From Fistulifera solaris (lineage: Eukaryota): a stretch of 64,000 nt of DNA. The stretch is taken from assembly GCA_030295235.1 (NCBI GenBank), contig AP026136.1, positions 434,001 to 498,000 of the forward strand, written 5' to 3'. The notes beneath the pieces are model-generated. The model was not told the origin of the DNA. It worked only from the letters and a program-made list of their open reading frames with translations, and searched no databases. The position numbers and the translations under genes were made by a program. Shown one piece after another: positions 35,773 through 47,892 of the stretch. Every line of letters begins with the position of its first letter. The stretch's first letter is position 1.

Positions 35773-36675
35773 ATGACAATGAGCACAAGAAAGAGCATGC
35801 AGTCGAAGCATATCTTGTTTGGGTACTTACTAGTCGGTACTCTGTGTCTGCAAGTTGCAGCATCTCGTCACACGCGGGCCGTCGAGTCACGATCCTTTCA
35901 AAGTCGACTGAATCATTTTCGAGGAGGAGGAGGTGGAGGACCGAGTTTTCCTGATTTCGATAGCCAGCAATCATCCGATTATTCATCCGAACATTATCAA
36001 GATGTGGAACCCCCTACTCATGAAATTACTGTTCAAGATAATATTGACACGTGGAGAGCTCAGCAACGACAACGTGCGGAAGCGACACAATATTCGATGC
36101 GTGATGATCAGGGGCGCGTAAAATTGCTGACATCTGTTGGGAAAGGTTCTCGTGCTCTTATTTTCTTCGTGTTGATGTTGCGTGATATACATCTCTATGA
36201 AGTGGCCGACACCTCCCGCAAAGGTCTCGCTCGAGTACTGTGTGTGACGCCTTTGATCGTTCTCTTTCTCTCCAACATGGTGGGTGCGTTTGTTTCGCTC
36301 GCTAGCCCAACTCATGCGACAAAGAAACGACTCAAAGTGATTTTAAATCTAGACAAGTGTCTGGAGGTCGTTTTGATGGTGTTCTATTTGTTACGGCTAA
36401 CAATATTCCCCCCGGCGCACATTCCCCGGGAAATTTTCATTGCAAATATATTCCATTCGGTATTTTTCATTCTACAAGCCCAAACGTACACCCGGTTGTC
36501 ATGGGATGAAACGGCGGCTCCAACAATCAATAGTTACACTGTTCCAAACAAGAATCCAAATTCTCGACAATTCCCTGCTTCATCCTATAACACTTATGGC
36601 AGCCAACCAGAGCCGCAAACATTCCAGCCGGCTCAACTCGGGGACGACTCTTCCGACACTTTGACCTATCCATAA
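35773..36675 (+). CDS. Hypothetical multi-pass membrane protein with signal peptide
   Basis: 300-aa ORF; signal peptide, RGG motif, about 4 hydrophobic helices. Confidence 0.7.
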   Translation: MTMSTRKSMQSKHILFGYLLVGTLCLQVAASRHTRAVESRSFQSRLNHFRGGGGGGPSFPDFDSQQSSDYSSEHYQDVEPPTHEITVQDNIDTWRAQQRQRAEATQYSMRDDQGRVKLLTSVGKGSRALIFFVLMLRDIHLYEVADTSRKGLARVLCVTPLIVLFLSNMVGAFVSLASPTHATKKRLKVILNLDKCLEVVLMVFYLLRLTIFPPAHIPREIFIANIFHSVFFILQAQTYTRLSWDETAAPTINSYTVPNKNPNSRQFPASSYNTYGSQPEPQTFQPAQLGDDSSDTLTYP

Positions 36676-36723
36676 ATTGACTGATAAAGGACTCGCTACA
36701 TCATGTTTTTCTCATTTAATGGT

Positions 36724-37020
36724 TTATTCCTCTTTAGTTGGATCGTTTGTGTCATGTGTGGTTGTATGCACACGCACTTCATCGTTTTCTTCCAGTGTAT
36801 TGTATTCGTTGTGCAACCGCGATAGAACCGCTACAACAAGAAGTGACAGGAGGGCCACAAATCTTGAAAGTGGCGGAAACGGATCCACAACAAACAAAAA
36901 GGCACACACCAGTAAGGTTCCCTTGGCCACATATTCAAATGGCACGTACGACAGTAATGCTAACCCTGCTGCCAATGGAACATGCCTTCCTCCTCCTCCT
37001 CCTCCTCCCGGTGCGCTCAT
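36724..37020 (-). CDS. Small hypothetical membrane protein
   Basis: MSAPGGGGG start; 2-3 hydrophobic segments. Confidence 0.5.
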   Translation of the reverse strand: MSAPGGGGGGGRHVPLAAGLALLSYVPFEYVAKGTLLVCAFLFVVDPFPPLSRFVALLSLLVVAVLSRLHNEYNTLEENDEVRVHTTTHDTNDPTKEE

Positions 37021-37268
37021 GTTGAAAAAGGGTTTTTTTCTTGACAATTTTGATTAGAAAAGGTGGGGAAGACGAACGACAGCGACGTGCAACTACACCA
37101 GACAAATATGGGGAATTATTTATTATTTGTTGTTTTCGCGGTTTCCCAACTACGGAAATAAGTTGTGTCAGATAGATAGTAGAAAAAGTTTTTTTTTGAA
37201 ACGACCGCAGAATTTTGCAAAGAACAACAATCAACAAACGACGAGACGAATGAGTTCAATTCATCAGC

Positions 37269-39112
37269 ATGTTTCTAAGAATAAAACCAGCATCACCTAT
37301 CCCATTCTCATTATATGTTCTTCTTTTCGTACAAACCGTCACTTCGTCCTTGCCGTGGGGCGACATCAACGTCATTGTCGTGACCGATGTACATTCCTGG
37401 GTGGCCGGACAGCGACATTTGTTTCCACAAGCCGCCGATTATGGGGATGTGCTTTCCTTTTACGAACAACTACCCCATGATGAGCAAGATCTATTCTTTG
37501 TTATGAATGGTGATTTCATGGATGGTACGGGTGTATCGACGATCCCCCCGACGCACTTGTTGCCGATTCTGGAGCAGTTGCCGTGGGATGTGGTGAATAT
37601 GGGGAATCATGAGTTGTATCACAGCGAAACTGTCGAATACATGAAGACGTCAGGATTTATTCATCACTGGAAGGGGGAATTACTTGACTTCAAATGTCGT
37701 ATGGTCATCCACGGTAAAACCCATCGGAAGTCGATACACGATCCTAAACGCAACCCACCATCGTGCGAGAATACTCACATTTGGGTTCTTGTATAATTTT
37801 CAAGGAAATTGCAACACTACACAAGTTATTCGGGTACAAGACGCTGTAAAGGAGGAATGGTTTCGTTCCGTGCTACGACACGAAGAATACGATGCCATTC
37901 TGGTTTTGGCTCATATGGATTATCAAGATGAACTCGTGTCGGTGATTCATCAGGCAATTCGAAATATTGTCGGGCTTAGCATGCCAATCCAATTCATCAA
38001 TGGTCATTCTCATCGTCGTGGTTCGGCTCAACTTGATAATACCAGTGCAGCCATGGAAGCTGGGCACTTTTTGGATACGGTCGGATTTGTCAGCTTCCCG
38101 GTAAAGCAAACGGTACTATCCTCCAATGCCACCTTGTCGCTCTTTCAACATGCATTCATTGATGCGGCTGTACCCGACTTGGCGCGGGCTTTGGAACAAA
38201 CGTCGCTTCATATCACCGATTCGGGCGAAGTTCTTTCCTCGCTCATTCGTCAAACAAGGGATTTGCTACAACTCGAGCAACCGGTGGGTTGTGCTCCCCA
38301 GACGTTTCGGCTAGGTCTTCCATTGGATGACCCCAGTTCGCTATGGGCACTTTACATGGACCACGTAGTCACACCCAAGCTTTTACGACGAAATGAATCC
38401 CTGGTGTACATACAAGGCACGGGCTTGTTGCGCTATGATTTGTACGCAGGGCCCATTACAATTGATGACATTATAGCAGTGACCCCATTCAACGATTCGA
38501 TCTACAGTGTTGTCGACAATGTGGACGGTGAGCTTCTAAGAGCGCTTTTGCAAGCCATGGAGAATTCTTCTTCAGCTGTCGGGACTGCTTTGCCTCAATT
38601 TGTCAGCACTTTGTTATCCTACGACGTCATTGCAACAAATCGATACGAACTACTCAGTTCGGATTACGATGCGCCTCGAATATGCCAATTGATTTCTTTG
38701 ATACAACCTGAAATCGAGTCGTCGTGTCGCCCTTCTCTCTATTTGCTTACACCAACGGATGCTTTGATGATCAACCTATGGATCGCTTATATCCAATCTC
38801 AATGGAGTTGCGAGTGGCATCAGGACGAAGAACAGCCAAGTGCCGTCTTTTTCCTTGCAATGCTCTTTTCTCTTTACCGCATTCGCGTGCTTGATTTATC
38901 ACTTTTTCGCCCCTGGAGCCTTTCCATCCAATGGGAACACCTCACGTGAGACGTTAGATGACGAAAAAACGCCATTAATCCGGAATCGATACGCAGGATC
39001 ATCTTGTGAGCGAGACCTACCTATCAACGATACTACTGAACATAAGAAAGCGGCGTCCCTCATGTTACCACAACATGTGTTGGTGTCCGTCTTTGAAAAA
39101 GATCAGCTGTGA
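37269..39112 (+). CDS. Secreted or membrane-anchored calcineurin-like metallophosphoesterase / 5'-nucleotidase
   Basis: TDVHSW, NGDFMDGTG, MGNHELY, VLAHM, GHSH, LRYDLY...PF; C-terminal transmembrane segment; frameshifts near 37675 and 38868. Confidence 0.85.
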
Positions 39113-39448
39113 TTTGATTACGTATCCGTAAAGTATTTTTGAGAGAATTTCTTTTTACCTTTGGAACTGTAGTACGGAGTATTTTTATGGACCTAGTTTT
39201 TTCTGAATAGCGCTAAATGGCAAGCCCAGTAGATTGATGCGAACAGTAATGCGTCTTAATGTCATATAGGCTCTGAAAATTGTATCCCGCAACCCTTGAC
39301 GAGAGTCCTGGTTGAAGTTCACGAGGATGATGCTTGATGACGACGGGGGCGATGAAAATGAAAGGGTTTGCAATGGCAAGCAAAATTAAAACACAGCAAT
39401 AATCCTAAAAGTATTTTACTTCTTTCTTTGATCGACATATACAGCAAA

Positions 39449-39918
39449 ATGGCGATGAATAATTTAATGCTTGCGCAGATGATGAAGGATATGCAGGTAA
39501 AATGATGAATTTCTACGAGATGATGTTGATGGGGTCCAGTCTATACTCAATCCGTTTCTTTTTGTCACGAAAGGATCCTGAAATGATGCGAGAAGCTCAG
39601 AAATTGATGCAGGATCCAGCTTTCCAGGCCCACATGAAGAAGATGATGCAGTCGGCAGGCTTCCAACAAGCGATAGCTCAGACGAAGCAAACTCTGCAAG
39701 ATCCGGAAAAAGCGAAAGAATTGGAAGAAAAGGCCAAGAAAGCTTTGGAGGAAGGAAATAAGGAATTAGAGAAAATCGAACAAGTGAGAAAAGAGCTGGC
39801 GGAAAAGCAGTCGGAAGGAGATGATAAGGATAAAGAAGATGAGACTGACGACAAAAAGAAAGCAGCCCTCGAAGAGCAGGAAGATATTCCTGATATTCCA
39901 TCTCTAAACCTCAATTAA
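39449..39918 (+). CDS. STI1/HOP-motif (DP repeat) coiled-coil protein; N-terminus possibly incomplete
   Basis: LAQMMKDMQ/DPEMMREAQKLMQDPAFQ across intron 39497-39573. Confidence 0.65.
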
Positions 39919-40043
39919 TGTCATTTTTACGCAGTACACATCGAGAACACAAGGATTATTTGTGTTGGCTCGGTCTAAAAGTTTATCGTTCGACGATCAG
40001 AAGCTTCGTGAACTTCATTGTTAAATTACCCCCGGAATAACTC

Positions 40044-41852
40044 TCAAATCGTTTTATGATCTTTAATCCATACATCAACTCCGTCTCGCAGACGTTTCAG
40101 GATTGTTTCTTCACTAATTTCCTTTATGACAGTGTCATCGGCGTAATTGCATCGTTTCGCTCGAACTCGCAATTTATTTTCTCGGGTAATTTCGACCATT
40201 ATTTCTATGCCTCCCTCTTTTGTTTGCGTGCGAAGTGGTGCAGTCGATGATTTTTCCGTTCCGCGTTGCTTCTCCTCCTCGCGACTCACGTAGTTCTTTC
40301 CCGTCGAAGTTGGCAAGAATAGAAGCTGCACCCCTTGAGATTGTTGAATGCCGGACTTTGAAATGGGGTCGATTACAGGAACAGCTCGAATTGGAGTCGT
40401 CAATCCTTTTCCTGATTCGGCGAGCAGCTCAGCCCATTCTCGGATATATTCTACCAAAGATGCATAATTTTTCGATACTTCTGTCTCTGTCAGATCCTCT
40501 CGCCAGAGTTCAGGGCCGTCCAATTTTAAGAAAAAATCGTCGAGCAAATTGTTTAGCTCCTCTTCGTTCCGTGTAACAGGTAGCTTTCCTACACACGACA
40601 ATGTTGCATTTCTGGCAGCAGGCTGATACCCAATAGCTTGCGTCAAAATGGTGATGGCTGTATCGGGATCCGTCGATCCATCTACTACGTCACCGGGTTC
40701 GAATGCTAAGACATCCTTAGACTCCTTCAGTTCGCCAAATTTGCACACAGTGTAGTCCATAGCCGGTTCTACCACTCGATTTCGTACGGTGTTGATGATA
40801 GCTTCTTCGATCTGTCGACGTTTATCGAGCTTAGCACCCATCATATTTTGCATTGTGTAAGGCATCTTATTTGTTCGCTCGGTTCCCACGGTTGATACTG
40901 CAATCAGCTGAGTTGGTGGCGAGCCGATAGAGCCATTCGGTTGCAACGTCTTTCGTAATAGCCGGTCAAAGGCATTGTAAAGAGCCGATTTTTCACTCCA
41001 GCTTGTACAGAATACCACGACACAAGCCGCATTATCAGCACCAATAGGCATGGTAGCAGTGGGTTTATAAACATCCACATCCAAGCAAGGAAGCATCTTT
41101 TTCAATGAATCGGTTAAATCAGGAACCAGCCGTTTCGCGTAAGGATCCGAACTGGTGTCCGCCAATATCAAAATTCGCTGCTGAGATTGATCGGTTGCCA
41201 CAGGAGAGTCTTTCTCTGATGCTGCGCTCATTCGGTTCTTTTCCTCTTGTTGTGCTTGATCGACGCTGCCGATCAAAGACGAAGACGACAAGCCGACAGT
41301 AGCTCCACGAATTGTCCCCCACGCACCCCAATCCAGTCCACGACCTCCTTCCATAGACCGATCCGCTGCAGCAGCTAATTTCGTCGACCGCCGTTGACTT
41401 TCCGTCTCTTTTAAAAAGGCATCCGTGAGTGTATCTATTTTTTCGAGCAATTTGGTCGATTCACGTTTCGCGTTCAATTCCGATTGCACCGCCATGGTTT
41501 CTCGCTTCTTGGCGAATTCGGCATTCATGCGCGCACGAAGTGTCTCGATTTCATCGATCCCTTCCGCAATCGCGTCATTGATAACTTCGGCGGCGGCGGC
41601 CTTGAGTTCAATCGCTTCTTTTTCCGTCAAGGGTTCCAACATACTGCCCAAGTCAATACCTAGTTTCTTGCGACTTTCAGTTGGATTATCTCCTAGATTG
41701 AAAAAAGACGGTACTTGTTTGTCTTCATCGTCGTCCTGCTTGGCGAATAATGAGACGGAGGGAATCGTTCGCGTGTTTGTCAGTAGTAGCCAGCCGTGAA
41801 CCACGCGGAACGGCACTATTGCGCAAATAATGCCCCCAATTTGAAAGCGCAT
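40044..41852 (-). CDS. Plastid-targeted protein with coiled coil and NAD(P)-binding (NmrA/Tic62-like) domain
   Basis: VHG-W presequence; LIAVSTVGTERTNKMPY...KRRQIEE...MDYTVCKFGEL. Confidence 0.7.
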   Translation of the reverse strand: MRFQIGGIICAIVPFRVVHGWLLLTNTRTIPSVSLFAKQDDDEDKQVPSFFNLGDNPTESRKKLGIDLGSMLEPLTEKEAIELKAAAAEVINDAIAEGIDEIETLRARMNAEFAKKRETMAVQSELNAKRESTKLLEKIDTLTDAFLKETESQRRSTKLAAAADRSMEGGRGLDWGAWGTIRGATVGLSSSSLIGSVDQAQQEEKNRMSAASEKDSPVATDQSQQRILILADTSSDPYAKRLVPDLTDSLKKMLPCLDVDVYKPTATMPIGADNAACVVVFCTSWSEKSALYNAFDRLLRKTLQPNGSIGSPPTQLIAVSTVGTERTNKMPYTMQNMMGAKLDKRRQIEEAIINTVRNRVVEPAMDYTVCKFGELKESKDVLAFEPGDVVDGSTDPDTAITILTQAIGYQPAARNATLSCVGKLPVTRNEEELNNLLDDFFLKLDGPELWREDLTETEVSKNYASLVEYIREWAELLAESGKGLTTPIRAVPVIDPISKSGIQQSQGVQLLFLPTSTGKNYVSREEEKQRGTEKSSTAPLRTQTKEGGIEIMVEITRENKLRVRAKRCNYADDTVIKEISEETILKRLRDGVDVWIKDHKTI

Positions 41853-42314
41853 CTTTCAGCTCTAATCAGAATTTTGTCAGCTGGGAGAACAGTTTGAAGT
41901 ACACACAATTGATTGCAAAAGCGTAATGAGAATGAGAACACGCAATTTCCTCATGCAAAGAGCAGAGACACAAAACAATCTTGAAAGATACCGGCCACAC
42001 ATGTACTTTAGGGCTAAGGTTCTCACCTTGGGTAGTTTCGAAGATCCGAAACTCATTCACGCAGAGACTCCAAGAAAGGTAAGAACCAGAACTACAACGG
42101 GCAAAACAGCAACTCAAAGTCCCATAGCTGACATCAATCCGGGACTAGTAAAATGGGCGAAACGATTCATAATTCATACTCCCAAGAAAAATTTTGCTTT
42201 GGCAGCTGCTCGCGACCGCATTGCAATTGCAAATACCTGGTAATTCATCGTTCTACTTTCATTAAACTGTAACTTACTGGTAATCTCTTATCGCTACCGT
42301 TGCACTCAAACGAA

Positions 42315-43532
42315 ATGATGAAGATAACACTTTTCTTCTTTCTGATCTCAAATGTTCTGTCCTTTCAGCGGCCACCTCGATTACAACATTTTCATCTTCT
42401 GAGCAATCTACAGTCGTTCAACAACAAAAAGCAAGATTTAGATGATGCGCTATCTATTCCGTACATTCCTTTAGCCTACGAATCTATTGAAGAAACTTTT
42501 TCTTCCGAAGAGTCTGGAAAAGGACTCGATATTCGATCCACAATGAACGTAGTTTTACCGTTCCTGTTTCCCTTTTTGCCTTTGAAACGTACGATGAAGT
42601 GGCCGCCTTGTGGGAATTTTGCGTTGAATTGCTCTTCACGAAATCATGGGTCACGGTCGACGGAGGTGCTTATCAAGCCCGGATCATTGCTCCGGCGGTC
42701 AACGGAGTGGTGGTTCCGGCCATGGCGGTGTTATTTGCGACGTTGACGTCGACTACCATCAGCTCGTTACGGGATCGGCAACATACGGTACATCGCAGTA
42801 TCAACATGGAAGCGGGGGAGTTGCGCGCTCTGGAATGTGTGCTGGAAGAATTCCCCACGGGAAATTTGGAAACGAAGTGCACGCAATTATCTGGTTCAGT
42901 ACACGTCCCGATTGATTTCGGAAAGTAGTCCCCGCGACAGTTTAGATCATGATTTTACGAATCCTAGACGGAATATGGACTCGGAACTAAATGGTCTTAT
43001 TAGCTTCCTCAATCGACATGTAAGAGAACAAGATCAGAAACAGACTACCGAAACGATTCCCCCTCATATTCTTTCGGAAGTGTATTCATCTGTGACAAAA
43101 TTACGAGATCATCGTCACAACCGCATAACTGCGCTTCAATCATACTTCCCACCCTTGCACTACGCAGTGCTGGGTGTATTGGCTCTTTCGGAATGCATAG
43201 CCTTTCTTATGGAAACGAATCAAGAGATTTTGGTCTTTTTGAATGCATTTCAATTGAGAATCTTGTGGAGTATGCTGACGAGCACATTCGTGGCTTGCTT
43301 TGCTCTGTTTAATGACCTAAATTCTCCGTTTTCGGGCTCTTACTCGATCGCAACGAGCGCCGATCAGTTACGTACTATTCGTATTACATTAAACGCTTCC
43401 GCACGACAGGAAGAGCGAGAAGCCGAGAAAAATGGTAAGGAGCATGTTACGTTTAAAACCCAGCAAACTTTCACTCGGCAAGTGAAAAATACCACGATGT
43501 CTGGGACAGGCACAAATGGAAGTGAAGAATGA
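42315..43532 (+). CDS. Plastid-targeted multi-pass membrane protein (DUF4239/bestrophin-like)
   Basis: VLS-F presequence; LFATLTSTTISSLRDRQ...EAGEL, FPPLHYAVL, DLNSPFSGSYSI; frameshifts near 42575 and 42860. Confidence 0.6.
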
Positions 43533-43686
43533 GCCACAAGCGCGGGACGGATGACAAGCTCCAGCTAAGGTGGCATCCGATGATGTGCGTTTTGAGTAAG
43601 ACATGATGTAAGAAAAGTAAATAGATTAGAAGGCGTCGAATACACATGACTTCATAGTGCTTCGCAATGTTAAATTTCTATTATTG

Positions 43687-45959
43687 TTATGTCATGGTAA
43701 GGGTTACGCCTTCGTTAGTTTCGTCGTCGCCATCAATCGCGGAAGGTGGTGCTGCCATGTCGTCCTCGTCGACGTCTTCGCTAGGTAACGGAGCGTGAGC
43801 ACCGTGTGACTGCAAATGCCCTGCAGGATCTTCACCATATAAAATCGCATCAGCGGCTTTTATGGCTTTCGGTCCCTCCCAGAGATCTTTCAACTCTCCT
43901 TGTCGCCATCCAATGTAGCTCATCGTCCCAAGACAGCTCGGTACAAGATAGAGTAGAGCCGGCTGTCCCATCTCCATCAAGTATACTGCCGCGTTCGCCA
44001 TGAATAAACCAATTGCGTATGCAATCACGAGTGGACCAAAGTATCCGCGAAAACAGAGGCAGCTTGACAAAAGCCGTTGCTCAGGACACGTTGTTGCTAT
44101 TCTACCACTACCTCCCCCCATGATACCAACCAAAGATTTGGCGGCATCGTACCGTGCAGCAAAACTGAGAAGGAGACCTGGAAGGACAATATCACCTAGA
44201 CCCAACAGACTTGCTCCTCCTTGGTAATCAAAGAATCGCGGAATCGTCAAAAGCATGGGCAGCGGGTTGCCCCCTTGGCAGTTCGCATCGTCAGGGTACT
44301 TTTCGCACCATGATGCATCTGCCGTGGGCGGTCCACCACTAGTTGCAACCGTAATCATGATTGACTTCTTGAAGATATAAGGTGTGATAAACACAAAGAA
44401 GATATCATAGAAAAATGCCACAACCAAAAGTATTGACGCAACCTCGATGCTGTTCAACCGGATAGTCTTCAAAAACATGATGCACATACAAGATCCAAAA
44501 ATGTTTTGGGTAACCCAAAAAAAAGTTCTTGTTTCGGCGTTTCGGTCTGTGAATGCGATCACAAGCCATGCCAGAGCTATCATGTAAGCGACCAAGAATG
44601 ACAATATCTGCGTGACCCTGATATCTCCAAAATCTTCCGTGCCTGTTTTCCACGCAATGGGATCGCTGGTACCGAAATGCTTACGGATCCTGTTCAACGA
44701 AGGTTGGAGGATCACTTGAGCTAGTGCATTGCTGCATCCCTGGGTAAGTAATGTTGAAGCGAGGGACGACGTGAGAATCAAAAGATTTTGGAGCATTCAT
44801 AAATCACATTTTCACTCACAAATGCGTACATGACTTTGACGACTCCGTATATCTTGAAATAAAAGAGAATCATTAAGCTAGAGGATGCCATAATGATGAA
44901 GCCCAGGGCATGCATGGGCGTCAATTCTAACGTTTCATCAGGATGAGTTGTAGGTCTATGAGCGGGCCTCGGTTGACGCCCTAGCTCAGATGACTCGCGC
45001 TGGCGGGTTTGCGCTCGTACAATTTTGTCTGAGAGCTTGCGGTAGTCATCGGCCGTAAGGTACGCTGCCAGAGCAGCGACAAACACACCAGCGCCCAAAT
45101 AACGCCTGATGAAACATTCCATTCCGGCTTCCATCGGGCATACATTCTTACGTGTTGCAATTCTTCCCCGCCCAGAAAACCAAAAAGTTGGGCTGCCTGT
45201 TCCATTGTGACGTACGCGGCCGGGATCGTCGTTTCTTCTTCAATGGAGCGGTCGTCATACAGCCAAATGGGCAAATCCCAAGCACAGCAAGCTTCTCGGT
45301 TTGAACCACTTTGTTTGCCTGTCAATAAGCAAGATTGGGAAGGGCAGTTAATAAGATTGTCATCGGATAGCTTCTGGCACAGATTCGTGTCCGAGTTACC
45401 CGACAACACGAGATTGTTTTGAATGGCATTGTATGGAAGCGGATCAAATGATAGTGCACTGGAAGGAATCATGGCTTCTCCCAAGGAACAATCATAATCG
45501 AATTTATCGGCAGGATAGACGATGTCATTCATTGTGTATTGATAGTTTGTTTCATTGGTGATATTGAGCTGATAACGACCTTCTAATGCCCCGTAAATCA
45601 GCACTGCACTAGCACCCATCTTTTGAGCATTCAGAACTTTCGTCTTGAAGGAACAGACACCACGAGGAATCATGATGATACTGTTTGACGGGTAAGTTGT
45701 GGACTCGACGACCTCACATAGAAAGTGATGCTCATTGCTGGCGGGTATGGGTCCGATCAGTTGCAACCGGGGACTCTCTTCCATTTTCATAGAGGGTATT
45801 GGGGGAAAGAATGCTTGTGAAGCAAACATAGTAACTGGATCATTGTTTTTGAAACTAATGTCCAAGACAAGTGTCTGTAAGACACATTCCGATGCTGTCG
45901 TAAAGAAAAATAGAAAAAGAAGAAAAGGTTTTCTGTGCGTAGCCGCCGTTTGAGCTCAT
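43687..45959 (-). CDS. Signal peptide peptidase-like aspartyl protease (A22B) with PA domain
   Basis: PA domain PRGVCSFKTKVLNAQKMGA; catalytic FFYDIFFVF, LGLGDIVLPG, GQPALLYLVP; intron 44819-44740; frameshifts near 45905 and 45090. Confidence 0.92.
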
Positions 45960-46673
45960 CGTCGGTTCAGATTCTTCTTCACGAAGCGTAATATGAAAAT
46001 ACGTGGTTCCCTTGTGGAATTGTGACCAATGAACTGTTTTGGTCGAGCAATTCGGACGGATCAAGCAATAAATGAAATTTCAGAGCTATGAACGAAAAAG
46101 ACTAGCAAATAATGATGTCTTTCAACAAGCGTTTTATTTCCTCATCATCGTCTCGCAACCGAGGAGGCGGAGGCATGGCGGAGAAGCCGTTTTGCGCAAG
46201 CAAAATAAGTCTCACGATGTACAAAACGTCATCGGATGAAATACCTACATTATCGTTGATAACTTTTGAATACTATTCCTCAAGCTGATTTATTTTTTTC
46301 TGAACGGTAGTACCTGGTACGGTACTCGGGTATCGTGTGTCGTGTGTGACACCGTCAAGAAGAGGAAATCACGCAATGGCAGGCGCTGTGAGCTATCACC
46401 AAGCGTATCATTTTGATCAGCCATCATCCAAGAGGGATATGTTAACATTAAAAATATCTTTATAAAAGCGCGAACAGCTTATCCAGGATGCAACGTCGCA
46501 AGAAGCACGCTCTCTAGTTAAAAAAAGACAAGGAAAAGGACACAACTCATAAAGATCCAACCCATCGAGGCTACTTTAGATGATTCTTACTTCGTAAAAT
46601 AAATTACCGGTACTGATGATGGGATATGCATGCATGTGTACAGAGAAGAAATCAGCTAACAGTCCTCGATCAT

Positions 46674-47347
46674 TTAGGCCGCCAGTTTGGCCGTAATGGT
46701 AGCAAAGTGCTTTCCATGATTCTCGCAAATCGACAACTCCAATTCCGAAGGCATGCGAGAACCGTCACCCTGTTGACCAACGAATCAAGTGAGAAGACGT
46801 TCTATGTTAAATCATCCAATTGGAAACAAAAAGTACATACATTTGCAAAAGTTCCCGATCCGTACGGCGAAGCACCGTGGATTTCTTCCAAATTGAAAAC
46901 TTGCGGGTCCGTGTATCCCAGAGGCACAAAGCACATGCCTTGGTGAGAAAAGAAACTGAAGCAGCTCATGTTGACCGATTCTTGTCCGCCACCCAAAGTA
47001 GCGACGCTGGTAAAGGTACCGGCGGCCTTGCCCGTCATGGCTCCCTTCTGCCAGAGACCACCGCACGAGTCCATAAAGGTCTTGATCTGCGCCGGCATGG
47101 CTCCGAAGCGTCCACTGAGACCGAACAAGACACCATCATACTCGGCCATCTTATCGGGAGTGATGATGGGGTGATCCTGTTTCGGGGGAGCACCCATCTT
47201 GCCCAAGATCTCGTCGGACAAGGTCTCGGCAACTTGGTAAATGTCGCAGGTGGCTCCGGCGGCTTCGACACCTTTGGCCACCGACTTGGCCATGGTAGCA
47301 ACATGGCCGTAGAGAGAGTAGTAGACGATAGCGATTTTGGCGGGCAT
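46674..47347 (-). CDS. wrbA: WrbA/Pst2-type flavodoxin-like NAD(P)H:quinone oxidoreductase
   Basis: KIAIVYYSLYGHV, RFGAMPAQIKTFMDSCGGLW, GGGQES, HGASPYGSGTFAN/GDGSRMPSELEL; intron 46840-46770. Confidence 0.93.
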
Positions 47348-47459
47348 GGTTGTTTTGTTAGTGCTGGTGGACGAGCGGCGATTTGCGGTGTGTTCGCTTG
47401 GATTTTGTGAAAACGACGAGCTATCAAAAAAAAAAACAATCGAAACGAACAGGAAAGAA

Positions 47460-47715
47460 ATAAATCACGTCATTCCGAGCCTCCATTATCTTGGCCGCGA
47501 TAACGCCGCACCAGTAGCTTTTCTACGCAACCTCTACGAGAAGCGAATACCAAAGCTATTTCGTTGAGTGTTCGGCGATGTTCAGTGACGCATATTTCAG
47601 CCTATTATGACGTGGAAAGTGGGACTTGGAATTGAATGTCGTCACAGACTTCGTCACCGTTGCGAGACTAACGAGTTCATGACTCTTTTGAGTCACGGTT
47701 GGTAGTCACGCAGCC
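47460..47715. promoter_or_regulatory. Cluster of TGAC/GTCA bZIP-type half sites in the wrbA/JmjC divergent promoter
   Basis: CACGTCAT ~47466, TGACG 47586, TGACGT 47608, GTCAC 47641 and 47653, TGACTC-TTTT-GAGTCA 47680-47695, GTCACG 47705. Confidence 0.4.
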
Positions 47716-47892
47716 ACGATCTTTCGCGTTCGCGTGTGTCGAAAAACTACTTCGAGCAATACGAGACAATGACTTCCCAGATACAAGTAATACGTAGGAT
47801 CATAGATTAACGAGTTCTCCTTGAGCTCATTCTTCTTGTAAACGACCATTACCTAGCAATAAAAGTCTTTCCCCCATAGAAAGACAAAGGAA

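Noticed and set aside
46820..47439. Long overlapping ORFs (196 aa on +, 134 aa on -) over wrbA
   Set aside because: Shadow frames expected from the strong codon bias of a highly expressed gene
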